Source of the DNA: a virus | Lineage: Duplodnaviria; Caudoviricetes | Strand: one strand, 5' to 3' | Virus record (IMG/VR): IMGVR_UViG_3300016666_000205 | Coordinates: 1-31,693 of that record | Length of the DNA: 31,693 bases | Shown here: piece by piece, positions 7,582-17,111 of the stretch | Numbering within the stretch: the stretch's first letter is position 1 | Layout: each line of letters starts with the position of its first letter | The notes under the pieces: model-generated | Database searches by the model: none | Told to the model about the DNA's origin: nothing | Seen by the model: the letters and a program-made list of their open reading frames with translations, nothing else | Made by a program: the position numbers and the translations under genes

Positions 7582-10445
7582 TGGCCATCCCACCTCTCGA
7601 TCAGCGTTTAAGCAGCATTCTTCCAGCACAGCCGACATCCATCGGCCCTGCTCCAGAAGCACCGCTTGAGCCAATGCCTGCCGATGTGCAGGAGCCAGCA
7701 CCAGCAGAACCAACGGCAGAACCAGGCAGCCCCAGCATGGAAGGCGTGCAGGTGGCTGGCCTGTTTGGTGGTCTGCGCGAGCTTGTTACCAAACAAGCAC
7801 CCAAAGCAACACGCAACCTGGTGCCCGAAGCTGCACGCGCAGCAGAGGGTGCCCTGCCCGACGCCGTCAAAGCTGGACGCTTCAAGTTGATACCAGAGGC
7901 AGACCAGAAGCTCACCGACCAGGTCACACAGGCCGTCAAGGCCCGCCAGGCTGCAGCTCCAAACATTGGCAAGCCAAGCCCATCACCCGCAGAGGTCAAG
8001 GCTGGGATCCCAGAGGAGCCATTTAACCTGGCACGCTACCAGACAGATGATGCTGCAGCCGTGGTGGGTGGCGTGGCCGATGCGCTTGGCATCAAGACCA
8101 AGGCTGTGACCTTTGACGAGATCAAGGCCAAGGCTGCCGAGTCTGGCATCAGCGAGTCATTCCTGTCGCGCCTGATCGGCAACGACAACAAGATGCTGCC
8201 CAGCGCGGTGGAAACCTACAAGGCGCTCGAGGTGATGGAGTCCAGCGCCAATGAGCTGGACCGGCTCTTCAAGCTGGTTGACTCTGGCAATGCCACCGAT
8301 GTTGACAAGCTGGCCCTGCGCCAGCAGATCGCCTTCCATGGCCTGGTGCAAAAGGGTGTCAAGGGCATGCAGACAGAGACAGCCCGTGCGCTGGCCGTCT
8401 TCCGCATCCCACGCGAAGGCAACGCACAGATGGTGCGCCAGGTGCTGGACGAGTACGGTGGCGACGCTGCCCTGCAAGACCTGGCCAAGTCCTATCTGAC
8501 GCTGGAGTCACGCGCAGCTCAAAACGCACTGGTCGAGAAGTCCATGATGTCTGGCGTCAAGGACATCTGGTTCACCACCTACATTAACGGGCTGCTGTCC
8601 AACCCTGTGTCGCATGCCAAGAACATCGTGTCCAACACGCTGTTTGGCCTGTACCAGATCCCAGAGCGTTTGGTGGCTGCCTTCTACGGCAACACGCTGC
8701 CTGATGGTGTTCGCAGCTGGAAGGCGCTTGTGCCTGGCAGCGAGGCCGACAAGGTGGGCTACGACGAGGCGCTCACCATGGTGCAGTCGCTTCGCAATGG
8801 CATGGTCGAGGGATTGACGCTGGCCAGCAAGGCATGGAAGACAGACGCGCCCACCGACTTGTTGAGCAAGATTGAGATGCAGCGAGCACCACAGGAAAGC
8901 CTGGGTGCCAGCCTGCAAGCCATGACAGGCCAGACACCAGACACATGGATGGGCAAGGCGCTCAACTACTACGGCACAGCCATCACAGTGCCTGGCCGCG
9001 CCCTGATGACAGAAGACGAGTTCTTCAAGGGTGTGCTCTACCGCATGGAGCTCAATGCCCAGATCACGCGCCGTGGCAAGCAGGTCTACCGCGAGGGTGT
9101 CGAGGCCGGCATGTCAGAGACTGACGCCATGGCCAAGGCAGCGCTAGAGGTGGAGGGCCTCTTTGCCAATCCGACCAAGGATCTGGACGAGGCAGCCACA
9201 GCATTTGCACAGCGCGGCACATTCACCGCCGATCTTCCACCAGCACTCAAGTCGCTGCAGCAGGTCTTCAATCACCCTGTGCTCAAAGTAGTGGTGCCCT
9301 TCTTCAAGACGCCGGCCAACATCGGCCTGCAGGTGATTGAGCGCACACCGTTCGCACCCCTGTCATCGCAGTGGCGTGAGGAGCTCGCCAAGGGCGGCAT
9401 CTACAGAGATATGGCCCTGGCCAAGGTGACGCTGGGCAGCTCTGTGCTGGCCACATTTGCTGCACTGTCTGCCGAGGGCCACATCACTGGTCGTGGTCCA
9501 GAGCGCAAGGCTGACCGCGAGGCCATGATGCGTGACGGCTGGCTGCCCTACTCCATCAAGGTTGGCGACAACTATTACAGCTATGCAGGCATGGAACCAG
9601 TGTCTGCGCTGATGGCCATCGCTGCCGACTATGCCGAGTACGCCAAGCATGAGCCAGACGCCGGCAAGGTGGAAGAGGTTTTCTTGGGTGCCACCTATGG
9701 CCTCTACGAGTACCTCAAGGAGCAGCCCTATCTGCAGGGCATCGCTGATGTGGCCAAGCTGATCGGCACCAACCAGCAGGGCGAGGTTGACGGCAAGAAG
9801 ATTGTGGACGGCCTGGTCAAGCAGATGGGCGGCTTTGTGATCGGTGGCTCGCCTGCTGGCGCTTACAACAGCCTGGTGGCCGGCATCGAGCGATTGATGG
9901 ACCCAGCTGCACGCGACTCACGCGCAAGCCCCGACTTACCCATGGGCGTGCGTGGCTTTGTTGAGGCCTTTAACAAGTACCGCAGCCGCTTGCCCTACGC
10001 CAGCGAGGCGCTGCCCGAGCAGCTCAACCTGTGGGGTGATCCAATCATTCAGTCCAGGGGCAAGCCCTACGAGCTGGTGCTGCCCACCAAGGTCAGCCCT
10101 GCACAGTTCTCTGAGGTAGATGACGCCCTGGTGCGTATCGGTTCACCTGTGGGCATGCCAGAGCGCAAGATCGACGGCGTCGAGATGGATGCATTCCAGT
10201 ACAACCGGCTGCTGTCCATCTACGGCAAGGAGCTACCAAGCAAGGATGCGATCATGGAAGTGATCAACACACCTGGCTTTGATCTGATGTCGCTGGATGA
10301 CCAGCAGAAGTCTGTGCAGCGGATCCACTCCCGCTTAATGGATGCAGCCAAGAAACAACTCATTACTGAAGACCCTGCGCTCAAAGCAAAGATCGACGAG
10401 CTGCAGGAGCTTCGCAAGGCCAATGGCCTCTACTACAAACCTTGA
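7581..10445 (+). CDS. Large internal virion/ejection protein (gp16-like position, 954 aa)
   Basis: Large helical protein just before the tail fibre; YINGLLSNP, EDEFFK, PFFKTPANI and GWLPYSIKVG motifs typical of podophage internal proteins. Confidence 0.7.
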   Translation: MAIPPLDQRLSSILPAQPTSIGPAPEAPLEPMPADVQEPAPAEPTAEPGSPSMEGVQVAGLFGGLRELVTKQAPKATRNLVPEAARAAEGALPDAVKAGRFKLIPEADQKLTDQVTQAVKARQAAAPNIGKPSPSPAEVKAGIPEEPFNLARYQTDDAAAVVGGVADALGIKTKAVTFDEIKAKAAESGISESFLSRLIGNDNKMLPSAVETYKALEVMESSANELDRLFKLVDSGNATDVDKLALRQQIAFHGLVQKGVKGMQTETARALAVFRIPREGNAQMVRQVLDEYGGDAALQDLAKSYLTLESRAAQNALVEKSMMSGVKDIWFTTYINGLLSNPVSHAKNIVSNTLFGLYQIPERLVAAFYGNTLPDGVRSWKALVPGSEADKVGYDEALTMVQSLRNGMVEGLTLASKAWKTDAPTDLLSKIEMQRAPQESLGASLQAMTGQTPDTWMGKALNYYGTAITVPGRALMTEDEFFKGVLYRMELNAQITRRGKQVYREGVEAGMSETDAMAKAALEVEGLFANPTKDLDEAATAFAQRGTFTADLPPALKSLQQVFNHPVLKVVVPFFKTPANIGLQVIERTPFAPLSSQWREELAKGGIYRDMALAKVTLGSSVLATFAALSAEGHITGRGPERKADREAMMRDGWLPYSIKVGDNYYSYAGMEPVSALMAIAADYAEYAKHEPDAGKVEEVFLGATYGLYEYLKEQPYLQGIADVAKLIGTNQQGEVDGKKIVDGLVKQMGGFVIGGSPAGAYNSLVAGIERLMDPAARDSRASPDLPMGVRGFVEAFNKYRSRLPYASEALPEQLNLWGDPIIQSRGKPYELVLPTKVSPAQFSEVDDALVRIGSPVGMPERKIDGVEMDAFQYNRLLSIYGKELPSKDAIMEVINTPGFDLMSLDDQQKSVQRIHSRLMDAAKKQLITEDPALKAKIDELQELRKANGLYYKP

Positions 10446-10481
10446 TGTATTCGTACAATCAGCAACAGGAAGGAATGAATC

Positions 10482-12677
10482 ATGGGCGTGCCAATCAGTA
10501 ATGTGACCCGTCGGGTGGTGTATGCAGCCAGTGGCACTGGCCCGTACAACTTCACCTTTGAGATCCTGGCCAACACCGATGTGGCCGTTTACAGGGATGA
10601 CACCCTGCTGACATTGACCACCGACTACACGGTGACCATCAATGCCAACGGCACAGGCTATATAACGCTGACTGCCTCGCCAACCGGTGCCACCCAGATC
10701 GCCATCGTTGGCAATCGCACCATCCAGCGCACCAGCGACTTTGTGACCGGTGGCGACTTCTTCGCCAACACCGTCAACGACGAGCTGGACCAGCTGACCA
10801 TCTTTGCACAGCAGAACGCTGAAGGCATTGACCGTGCGCTGAAAGCTCCGCAGACAGACCCCACATCTGTGAACATGACTCTGCCCCGTGCAAGCGTGCG
10901 TGCCAACAAGACGCTGGCTTTTGACAGCAACGGCAACCCTGTCACTGGTGAAGTGATCGGTGACAACCGTGGCAACTGGGCGTCTGGCACTGCGTACAAC
11001 AAGCGCGACATTGTGCGTGACAACAGCAACGGCAATGTGTACTACGCAAACACAGCGCACACTTCAAGCGGCACCACCCCCATCAGCAGCAACGCTGATG
11101 CGGCCAAATGGGACTTGATTGTGAACAACGCAGCTGCTGGCGCGTCTGCCACTGCTGCTGCCAACTCTGCGACTGCAGCTGCTACAAGCGCCACCAATGC
11201 GGCAAGCTCTGCTACTGCAGCAGCTGGATCGGCCAGCACAGCATCAACCCAGGCAAGCAACGCAAGCACCTCTGCAACCAACGCAGCAAACTCTGCCACG
11301 GCTGCATCTGGATCTGCCAGCACCGCGAGCACAGCAGCCACAAACGCAAGCAACAGTGCCACGGCTGCAGCCACCTCGGCCACCAATGCCAGCAATTCAG
11401 CAAGCGCTGCCAGCACATCTGCCACCAACGCTGCGAGCTCGGCATCGGCTGCCAGCACCAGCGCAAGCAATGCCTCTACCAGCGCGACCAACGCTGCCAA
11501 CAGCGCTACCAGCGCCAGCAGCTCTGCGTCTACTGCCACCACCCAGGCGACCAACGCCAGCAACAGCGCGTCTGCTGCAGCCACAAGTGCAACAAACGCA
11601 GCAGCCAGTGCGACAACCGCAAGCACCCAGGCAAGCAATGCGTCGAGCTCTGCAACAGCTGCTGCTGCCTCGGCTGCTGCTGCCGCGTCTTCGCTAGACA
11701 GCTTTGATGATCGCTATCTGGGCAGCAAGTCATCTGACCCAACGCTTGACAATGACGGCAACGCCTTACTGACTGGCGCGCTGTATTACAACACCACAAC
11801 GCAGACCATGAAAGTCTACGACGGTGCAAACTGGATCACCGCAACTGCTGCCGGCACAACAGCGATGTTGGTTTACAAATATGTGGCCACCAATGGTCAG
11901 ACCACATTCAGTGGCGCTGCGTCTGTCGGTGGCACATTGAGCTACACCAGCGGCAACATCATTGTGTTTGTCAACGGTGTGTCGCTTGACTCAACCGATT
12001 ACACCGCGACTAACGGCACAAGCGTTGTGTTGGCATCTGGCGCCGCGCTCAATGATGAGGTGGTGATTGTTGCGTTCAAGTCATTCACTGTTGCTGACAC
12101 ATACACCAAGGGTGAGGTGGACGCATTTGCTGTGAAGCTGACTGGCACGCAGACCGTTGCTGGAGTTAAGACATTCAGCAGCCAGCCAGTAATGAGCGCT
12201 GGTGTGAGCCTTGGGTCAAACGGACAGATTGTTTTTCCAGCTACTCAAAACGCATCATCTGACGCAAACACGCTGGATGATTATGAGGAGGGTACTTTTA
12301 CTCCGACTGTTCTTGGGTTTTCAACACCTGGAACTGGCACATACAACGGCAGACTTGGACGCTACACAAAGGTTGGAAACAGGGTCTACATACAAATGTG
12401 GGTTGATTGGTCTAATTTGAGTGGTGCAAGCGGTGCTCTTGGGTTTGGGGGGTTGCCATTCACATCTCCTAATACCGCGTATGTTTACAACGCTTTGATT
12501 TGCTACATGGATGGCGCTGTTACATTAAGCGCAAATAATGTTATTCAATGCTATATCCCTATAAATGACAGTCGAGTACTGCTTACTCAATATGTAACAG
12601 GTGGCGGCAACGCTGCGACAGTCACTTTAGATTCCGCAGGTGCAGTAATGATTTGCGGATGGTATGAACCCGCTTAA
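10482..12677 (+). CDS. Tail fibre protein (731 aa)
   Basis: T7 gp17-like N-terminal anchor (FTFEIL..TDVAVY...DYTV), CBM-like W/Y segment, long A/S/T/N repeat stalk, and NTLDDYEEGTFTP leading into a C-terminal tip domain. Confidence 0.85.
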   Translation: MGVPISNVTRRVVYAASGTGPYNFTFEILANTDVAVYRDDTLLTLTTDYTVTINANGTGYITLTASPTGATQIAIVGNRTIQRTSDFVTGGDFFANTVNDELDQLTIFAQQNAEGIDRALKAPQTDPTSVNMTLPRASVRANKTLAFDSNGNPVTGEVIGDNRGNWASGTAYNKRDIVRDNSNGNVYYANTAHTSSGTTPISSNADAAKWDLIVNNAAAGASATAAANSATAAATSATNAASSATAAAGSASTASTQASNASTSATNAANSATAASGSASTASTAATNASNSATAAATSATNASNSASAASTSATNAASSASAASTSASNASTSATNAANSATSASSSASTATTQATNASNSASAAATSATNAAASATTASTQASNASSSATAAAASAAAAASSLDSFDDRYLGSKSSDPTLDNDGNALLTGALYYNTTTQTMKVYDGANWITATAAGTTAMLVYKYVATNGQTTFSGAASVGGTLSYTSGNIIVFVNGVSLDSTDYTATNGTSVVLASGAALNDEVVIVAFKSFTVADTYTKGEVDAFAVKLTGTQTVAGVKTFSSQPVMSAGVSLGSNGQIVFPATQNASSDANTLDDYEEGTFTPTVLGFSTPGTGTYNGRLGRYTKVGNRVYIQMWVDWSNLSGASGALGFGGLPFTSPNTAYVYNALICYMDGAVTLSANNVIQCYIPINDSRVLLTQYVTGGGNAATVTLDSAGAVMICGWYEPA
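11130..11695 (+). repeat. Degenerate tandem coding repeats (approx. 7/14-aa ASNSATAAATSATN units) in the tail fibre stalk
   Basis: Recurrent SATNAANSA / STQASNAS / AATSATNA units in the translation. Confidence 0.8.
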
Positions 12678-12724
12678 CCCATAGTCAGACCAGATTAGTT
12701 TGACCAGACACAAAGGAAACAAAA

Positions 12725-13192
12725 ATGTCACTCACCAAAACCACCACAGTCGTGAGTAAAACGCCAGAGTATCGTGCATACATTGATGCCAAGCATCGCT
12801 GTACAAATCCGAACTCTCAGCGTTGGTACACGCATGGTGGTCGTGGCATTAAGTTTTTGTTCAATAACTTTGGTGAGTTCTTTGAAGCTGTAGGCCCAAG
12901 ACCAGATGGTTTGACTTTAGATCGCATTGACAATGATGGACATTACGAGGCTGGAAATTTGCGCTGGGCAACTCCAAGCCAGCAAGTAAGCAACCGCAGA
13001 AACTACAAAAAGAAGTTTCGTGTTCGCAATGAAGTGGCAAAACGTTTCATTGTGACGACACCTGATGGCTCAACGCTTGAGGTGTTTAACATGGCAGAAT
13101 TCTGTCGCCAGCATGGTTTGACTAAATCAACCTTGCATCAAACAATCAAAGGCAAGTACGCCCACAAAGGCTACAAAGCACAATACGCTTAA
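12725..13192 (+). mobile_element. Free-standing HNH homing endonuclease gene (155 aa)
   Basis: RC.NPN....THGGRGIK, TLDRIDNDGHYEAGNLRWAT..Q..NRR HNH motif and a C-terminal NUMOD/HTH-like domain; more AT-rich than the flanks. Confidence 0.85.
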
Positions 13193-13202
13193 GGAGTAAA
13201 TC

Positions 13203-13463
13203 ATGTCACTTACAAAATCAACTGTTGTAGATTCCATCACCGTCACCGAGAACGGCATTGTTCTATACCGTGAAGCAACACGCATCATGGAAGACGGTAA
13301 CGAGATCAGCAAGACCTACCACCGCACTTCATTGACACCCGGTCAAGACCTGACAGGTCAGCCAGCCAACGTGATTGCAATTTGCAACGCAGCTTGGACT
13401 CAAGAAGTGATCGCAGCGTATGAGGCCGCGCAAGCAGCAGCACAAGCAGGGGGTGCACAATGA
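13203..13463 (+). CDS. Tail fibre-associated protein / chaperone (86 aa)
   Basis: AAGGAG RBS; IMEDGNEISKTYHR...ICNAAWT family that typically follows DDYEEG-type fibres. Confidence 0.65.
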   Translation: MSLTKSTVVDSITVTENGIVLYREATRIMEDGNEISKTYHRTSLTPGQDLTGQPANVIAICNAAWTQEVIAAYEAAQAAAQAGGAQ

Positions 13464-14554
13464 GCAACGCAAGAGAACTAGCCGAACTCGGCGGCAGCTA
13501 CGGCTCCGGCGGGTTTGTGGGCATGAAGAACCGCATCATCAACGGTGCGATGATGATCGACCAACGAAATGCCGGGGCGAGTTATACAAATACAAACCAA
13601 GTTTTGTATGGCGTAGACCGCTGGGGAAGCTATGGTCTTTCCGGGGCAGTATTGACACTACAACAAGTTGCGGATGCCCCATCAGGATTTACATATAGCT
13701 TCAAGTCAACCACCTCTACTGCAACCACCACAAACGACGGTGGTGGCATTGCTCAAAAAATTGAAGCAAATAACTGTCTTGATTTGGCTTGGGGAACAGC
13801 CAGCGCCCAACCTGTAGCCATTTCTTTTTGGGTAAAAAGTAGCGTTACTGGTCAACACAATTTAGCAATCACCTACTACGGCTCTTCATCAAATCAATAT
13901 TACTGCTCCCCATATACTGTCAATTCGGCAAATACTTGGGAGCAAAAAACAGTTTTAGTGCCGGGGTGTACAACTGGAGGAGCTTTTACTGCCGCTGGTA
14001 ATACGGCTTATATGGTTTTTTGGGTGTCTGTCATTGGCAGTTCTGGAAGCACAACGTACAACACAGCAAACACATGGACTTCAACTGTTTCAAACAAATT
14101 GAGTGGCACAGTAAACATTGGAAGCACATTGAATGCAACAGTTCAAGTCACAGGCGTTCAACTAGAAAAAGGCTCAACAGCCACTAGCTTTGACTACCGC
14201 CCTTATGGGACTGAGTTGCAGTTGTGTCAGCGGTACTTTGAAACATCTTATGCGATTGGTACTGCTGTCGGAACGGCAACCGAAACCAACAGCTGCATGT
14301 GGATTTCAAACAGGAACCCTGGCGTTCCACACACGCAACTGAGATACATGGTTCCAAAGAGAGCTACTGCTGGTGTTGGTATCTACAGCCCAAACAACGG
14401 TGCAGCAGGAATCTACAACGTGGATGCGGCAACAAACTACACAAGCCCTGCATTTAGTCGAGATGGCACGATGGGTGGCACATTGCACGCAGGAACATCG
14501 GTTTCACTCGGCCAGTTTTTGCAATTCCACTACACAGCATCTGCGGAGCTATAA
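13460..14554 (+). CDS. Second tail fibre / receptor-binding protein (364 aa)
   Basis: KNRIINGAMMIDQR, VDRW and TGVQLEKGSTATSFDYRPYGTELQLCQRYF motifs; AT-rich variable core. Confidence 0.7.
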   Translation: MSNARELAELGGSYGSGGFVGMKNRIINGAMMIDQRNAGASYTNTNQVLYGVDRWGSYGLSGAVLTLQQVADAPSGFTYSFKSTTSTATTTNDGGGIAQKIEANNCLDLAWGTASAQPVAISFWVKSSVTGQHNLAITYYGSSSNQYYCSPYTVNSANTWEQKTVLVPGCTTGGAFTAAGNTAYMVFWVSVIGSSGSTTYNTANTWTSTVSNKLSGTVNIGSTLNATVQVTGVQLEKGSTATSFDYRPYGTELQLCQRYFETSYAIGTAVGTATETNSCMWISNRNPGVPHTQLRYMVPKRATAGVGIYSPNNGAAGIYNVDAATNYTSPAFSRDGTMGGTLHAGTSVSLGQFLQFHYTASAEL

Positions 14555-14722
14555 ATGTATAAACTTTTGAAAGACCCATACACAAACGAAGTGTGCAAAG
14601 TGATCCGTATAGATGGGTATCTTTTTGTCCCCTTCGACCCCGCCAACACCGATTACCAGGTTTATTTGAAGTGGTTGGAAGAAGGAAACACGCCTGAACC
14701 AGCAGATGAGGTGGGCGAATGA
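14555..14722 (+). CDS. Small tail-fibre assembly-like protein (55 aa; absent from ORF track)
   Basis: Hand-translated as MYKLLKDPYTNEVCKVIRIDGYLFVPFDPANTDYQVYLKWLEEGNTPEPADEVGE. It abuts the upstream stop and has an ATGA overlap downstream. Confidence 0.75.
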   Translation: MYKLLKDPYTNEVCKVIRIDGYLFVPFDPANTDYQVYLKWLEEGNTPEPADEVGE

Positions 14723-14916
14723 CACAAGATGTCGAGACAAAGCTGGCCGTGCATGAGGCCATCTGTGCAGAGCGCTACAGCCGCATCAACAACTCGCTTG
14801 ATGACGGATCAAAGCGCATGGCCAAGATTGAGTATCTGCTCTACGGTGTGATGCTGGTGGTGTTGCTCGGCCCAGGTGTGGCTGCAGAGTTCATCAAGAA
14901 ACTGATCGGCATGTGA
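14719..14916 (+). CDS. Small membrane protein, holin/XhlA-like (65 aa)
   Basis: HEAICAERY coiled coil plus one C-terminal TM segment; first gene of the lysis region. Confidence 0.55.
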   Translation: MTQDVETKLAVHEAICAERYSRINNSLDDGSKRMAKIEYLLYGVMLVVLLGPGVAAEFIKKLIGM

Positions 14917-14917
14917 T

Positions 14918-15679
14918 GTGGATCCCATCAGTCTTCTCATGGCCGCGCAAGCAGCTGTTGCTGCTGTGCGAAAGGGGACTGAGATGTTGTCTCAAGGGCG
15001 AGCTGAAATCAGCAAGCTCAAGAAGACTGTCGAGCAAGGGATTGGTGATGCCAAAGCGATCTACTCAGAGATCACTGGCCTGTGGTCCTGGCTCAAGGGA
15101 TTGTTTGGTGGGAGCAAGCCTGCTGTTAAGGCAGCACCAGCTGCAGAGGTCAAGCCTGAGATCAAGGCTGTGGTCAAGAAGGCAGAGCGCAAGCCTGCAG
15201 AGCAGCTGACCTATGAGGAGTACCAGACACAAGCGATCCACCAGGTATGCGAGCAGCTCAAGACATTCTTTGAGATCCGCAGACAGTTGAAAGAGCACTG
15301 CCTTCAGTTGGAAGAGGCCTCCAAAACAACGGCCACGATTGAAGACAGCGCTTTGGACAGAGTCGAGATTGAGATGCAGCTCGAGAACATGACGGTGCAG
15401 ATCCGCGAGGCGATGGTGTATGCGCCTGTTGAGCTGCGCGACATCTACTCGAGGTTTCTCAAGATGTATGACCAGATTCTTGAAGAGCAGGAGTTTGCAA
15501 GGCAGGTAAAGCGCAAGCGAGAAAGAGATGAAGCATGGCAACGCGACCTCCTACGCAATCACCGTATCGACAGGGCACTGGCGCTGGCGGTGGTGGCGTT
15601 CGTAGTGATATGGCTGTGGGCGCTGATGTTGTCGCTCGGATGGCACGCGAGGATGCCAGATGGTTTGCAACCGCTGTAG
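14918..15679 (+). CDS. Hypothetical coiled-coil protein with C-terminal TM helix (253 aa)
   Basis: Long ORF; hydrophobic ALALAVVAFVVIWLWALMLSLGW near the C-terminus. Confidence 0.65.
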   Translation: MDPISLLMAAQAAVAAVRKGTEMLSQGRAEISKLKKTVEQGIGDAKAIYSEITGLWSWLKGLFGGSKPAVKAAPAAEVKPEIKAVVKKAERKPAEQLTYEEYQTQAIHQVCEQLKTFFEIRRQLKEHCLQLEEASKTTATIEDSALDRVEIEMQLENMTVQIREAMVYAPVELRDIYSRFLKMYDQILEEQEFARQVKRKRERDEAWQRDLLRNHRIDRALALAVVAFVVIWLWALMLSLGWHARMPDGLQPL

Positions 15680-15876
15680 TCGCTCTTGCCCTGGTGCTGT
15701 TCATGGCGCTGCCATTGACAGTGCTGATCGCGATTGACCACCTCGAGAACAAGGCCAAGACAAAGGCCGAGATCAGGAGAGAGATCAATGAGCTGAAGAG
15801 ATTGAAAGAGGAAGTAAGAAAGGAAGTTCAAGATGTTGCCAATCGTCGCGGGGATCGTAGCGAACCTAATCAATAA
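15535..15876 (+). CDS. Membrane-anchored coiled-coil protein (start uncertain: 15535, 15610 or 15640)
   Basis: TM segment WFATAVVALALVLFMALPLTVLIAI followed by a charged coiled coil; fills the gap between its neighbours. Confidence 0.55.
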   Translation: MATRPPTQSPYRQGTGAGGGGVRSDMAVGADVVARMAREDARWFATAVVALALVLFMALPLTVLIAIDHLENKAKTKAEIRREINELKRLKEEVRKEVQDVANRRGDRSEPNQ

Positions 15877-16324
15877 CGGCATGCACAAGGTGGCCGACCA
15901 GGTCATCGAGAAGGGCGTGGACGCTGTGCAAGAGAAGCTCGGCATGGAGCTCAAGCCTGAGGGCCAGGCCACGCCTGAGTACAACGCCAAGCTGCAAGAA
16001 GAAGCCAACCGTCACAGCGAGTTCATGGCGCAGCTGGATGAGAAGTCCACCCAGCGCGCCACCGACATGTATATGCAAGACGAGAGCACACGCAAGTTCA
16101 GTCAGATGTACGCATGGTTCATCACGGTGATCTCATTCCTCTACTTCTTCATGGTGTCATTCATGCCCATCGAAAACAGGAACCGAGACTTCATCAACAT
16201 CATCTTGGGATTCTTGATCGGCACTGCGGTCAACTCGCTGATCCGCTTCTTCTACGGCAGCAGCAACAAGGCACAGGAGGCTGTGGACCAGAAGCAGAAG
16301 GAGCAGGCAGGGGGTGACAAATGA
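15833..16324 (+). CDS. Putative holin (163 aa)
   Basis: Two C-terminal TM helices ending FFYGSS; immediately upstream of the endolysin with an ATGA overlap. Confidence 0.65.
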   Translation: MLPIVAGIVANLINNGMHKVADQVIEKGVDAVQEKLGMELKPEGQATPEYNAKLQEEANRHSEFMAQLDEKSTQRATDMYMQDESTRKFSQMYAWFITVISFLYFFMVSFMPIENRNRDFINIILGFLIGTAVNSLIRFFYGSSNKAQEAVDQKQKEQAGGDK

Positions 16325-16983
16325 CCCCAGGCATTGATCAACTGGTGGCTGCCGGCATCAAGCGTGAGGTGGCCGAGCGCTGGTTGCCACATGTGCAGAG
16401 CGCAATGGCACGGTTTGGTATCGAGTCTGAGAAGCAGGTGGCTGCATGGCTGGCGCAGACCGCGCATGAGAGCGGTGGCTACACCATGCTCAAAGAGAAT
16501 CTGAACTACCGCGCTGCCACGTTGGCTGCCTGCTGGCCAACACGCTTTGCAGAGCTGGGACCAGACAAGAAACCCAAGCGCAATGAGAAGGGTGCGCTTA
16601 TCCCGACCAAGGTGGCTGAGTCCATAGCCGGCAAGCCGGAGCTCATCGCGCCACTGGTTTACAGCAACCGTATGGGCAACGGTCCTGCAGAGTCAGGCGA
16701 TGCCTTTCGGTACATTGGCAGGGGTCTGAAACAACTCACCGGCAAGGACAACTACACCAGGTGTGGGGCGGCCCTCGGCCTGGACATTGTGGCCAACCCT
16801 GACCTTCTGCTCGAACCAGAAGGTGCAGCTCTGTCAGCTGCCTGGTTCTGGTCGGTCAACAAGTGCGGGCCCCTGGCTGATGCCGATGACTTCGTTGGCC
16901 TGACCAAGAAGATCAACGGTGGCACCATTGGTCTGCCAGACCGCGAGAAACGCTACAAGAGCGTTCTCGCTTCAATCGGCTAG
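16321..16983 (+). CDS. Endolysin, glycoside hydrolase family 19 (220 aa)
   Basis: AQTAHESGG, ENLNY, YIGRGLKQLTGKDNY, SAAWFW and TKKINGG motifs. Confidence 0.92.
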   Translation: MTPGIDQLVAAGIKREVAERWLPHVQSAMARFGIESEKQVAAWLAQTAHESGGYTMLKENLNYRAATLAACWPTRFAELGPDKKPKRNEKGALIPTKVAESIAGKPELIAPLVYSNRMGNGPAESGDAFRYIGRGLKQLTGKDNYTRCGAALGLDIVANPDLLLEPEGAALSAAWFWSVNKCGPLADADDFVGLTKKINGGTIGLPDREKRYKSVLASIG

Positions 16984-17111
16984 ATCAGATACCAGCCGAC
17001 CAAGAAAGCTGTCACATACAGCTTGAGCATCAAGCCAATTATCACCATGAACAAACACAGGGCAACAGCTCCTGCGGCGTAGGTAAGCATGTAAAGCAAA
17101 GCATCTCTCAC
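16980..17111 (-). CDS. Small hydrophobic membrane protein (43 aa; absent from ORF track)
   Basis: GTG start overlaps the RecT stop (GTGA); MRDALLYMLTYAAGAVALCLFMVIIGLMLKLYVTAFLVGWYLI. Confidence 0.55.
   Translation of the reverse strand: MRDALLYMLTYAAGAVALCLFMVIIGLMLKLYVTAFLVGWYLI

Noticed and set aside
11042-11829. Several overlapping ORFs and Cys/Gln-rich translations across the tail fibre repeat; possible CRISPR-like array
   Set aside because: By-products of the degenerate Ala/Ser/Thr coding repeat; there are no identical repeats with unique spacers.
12684-12704. Small hairpin GTCAGAC-N7-GTTTGAC after the tail fibre gene
   Set aside because: Short stem with a G-U pair and no U-tract; insufficient to call a terminator or intron element.
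10482-14554. Diversity-generating retroelement or invertible tail-fibre cassette (BPP-1-like virion, serine recombinase present)
   Set aside because: No reverse transcriptase, no TR/VR pair differing at adenines, and no inverted fibre copy or flanking inverted sites were seen.
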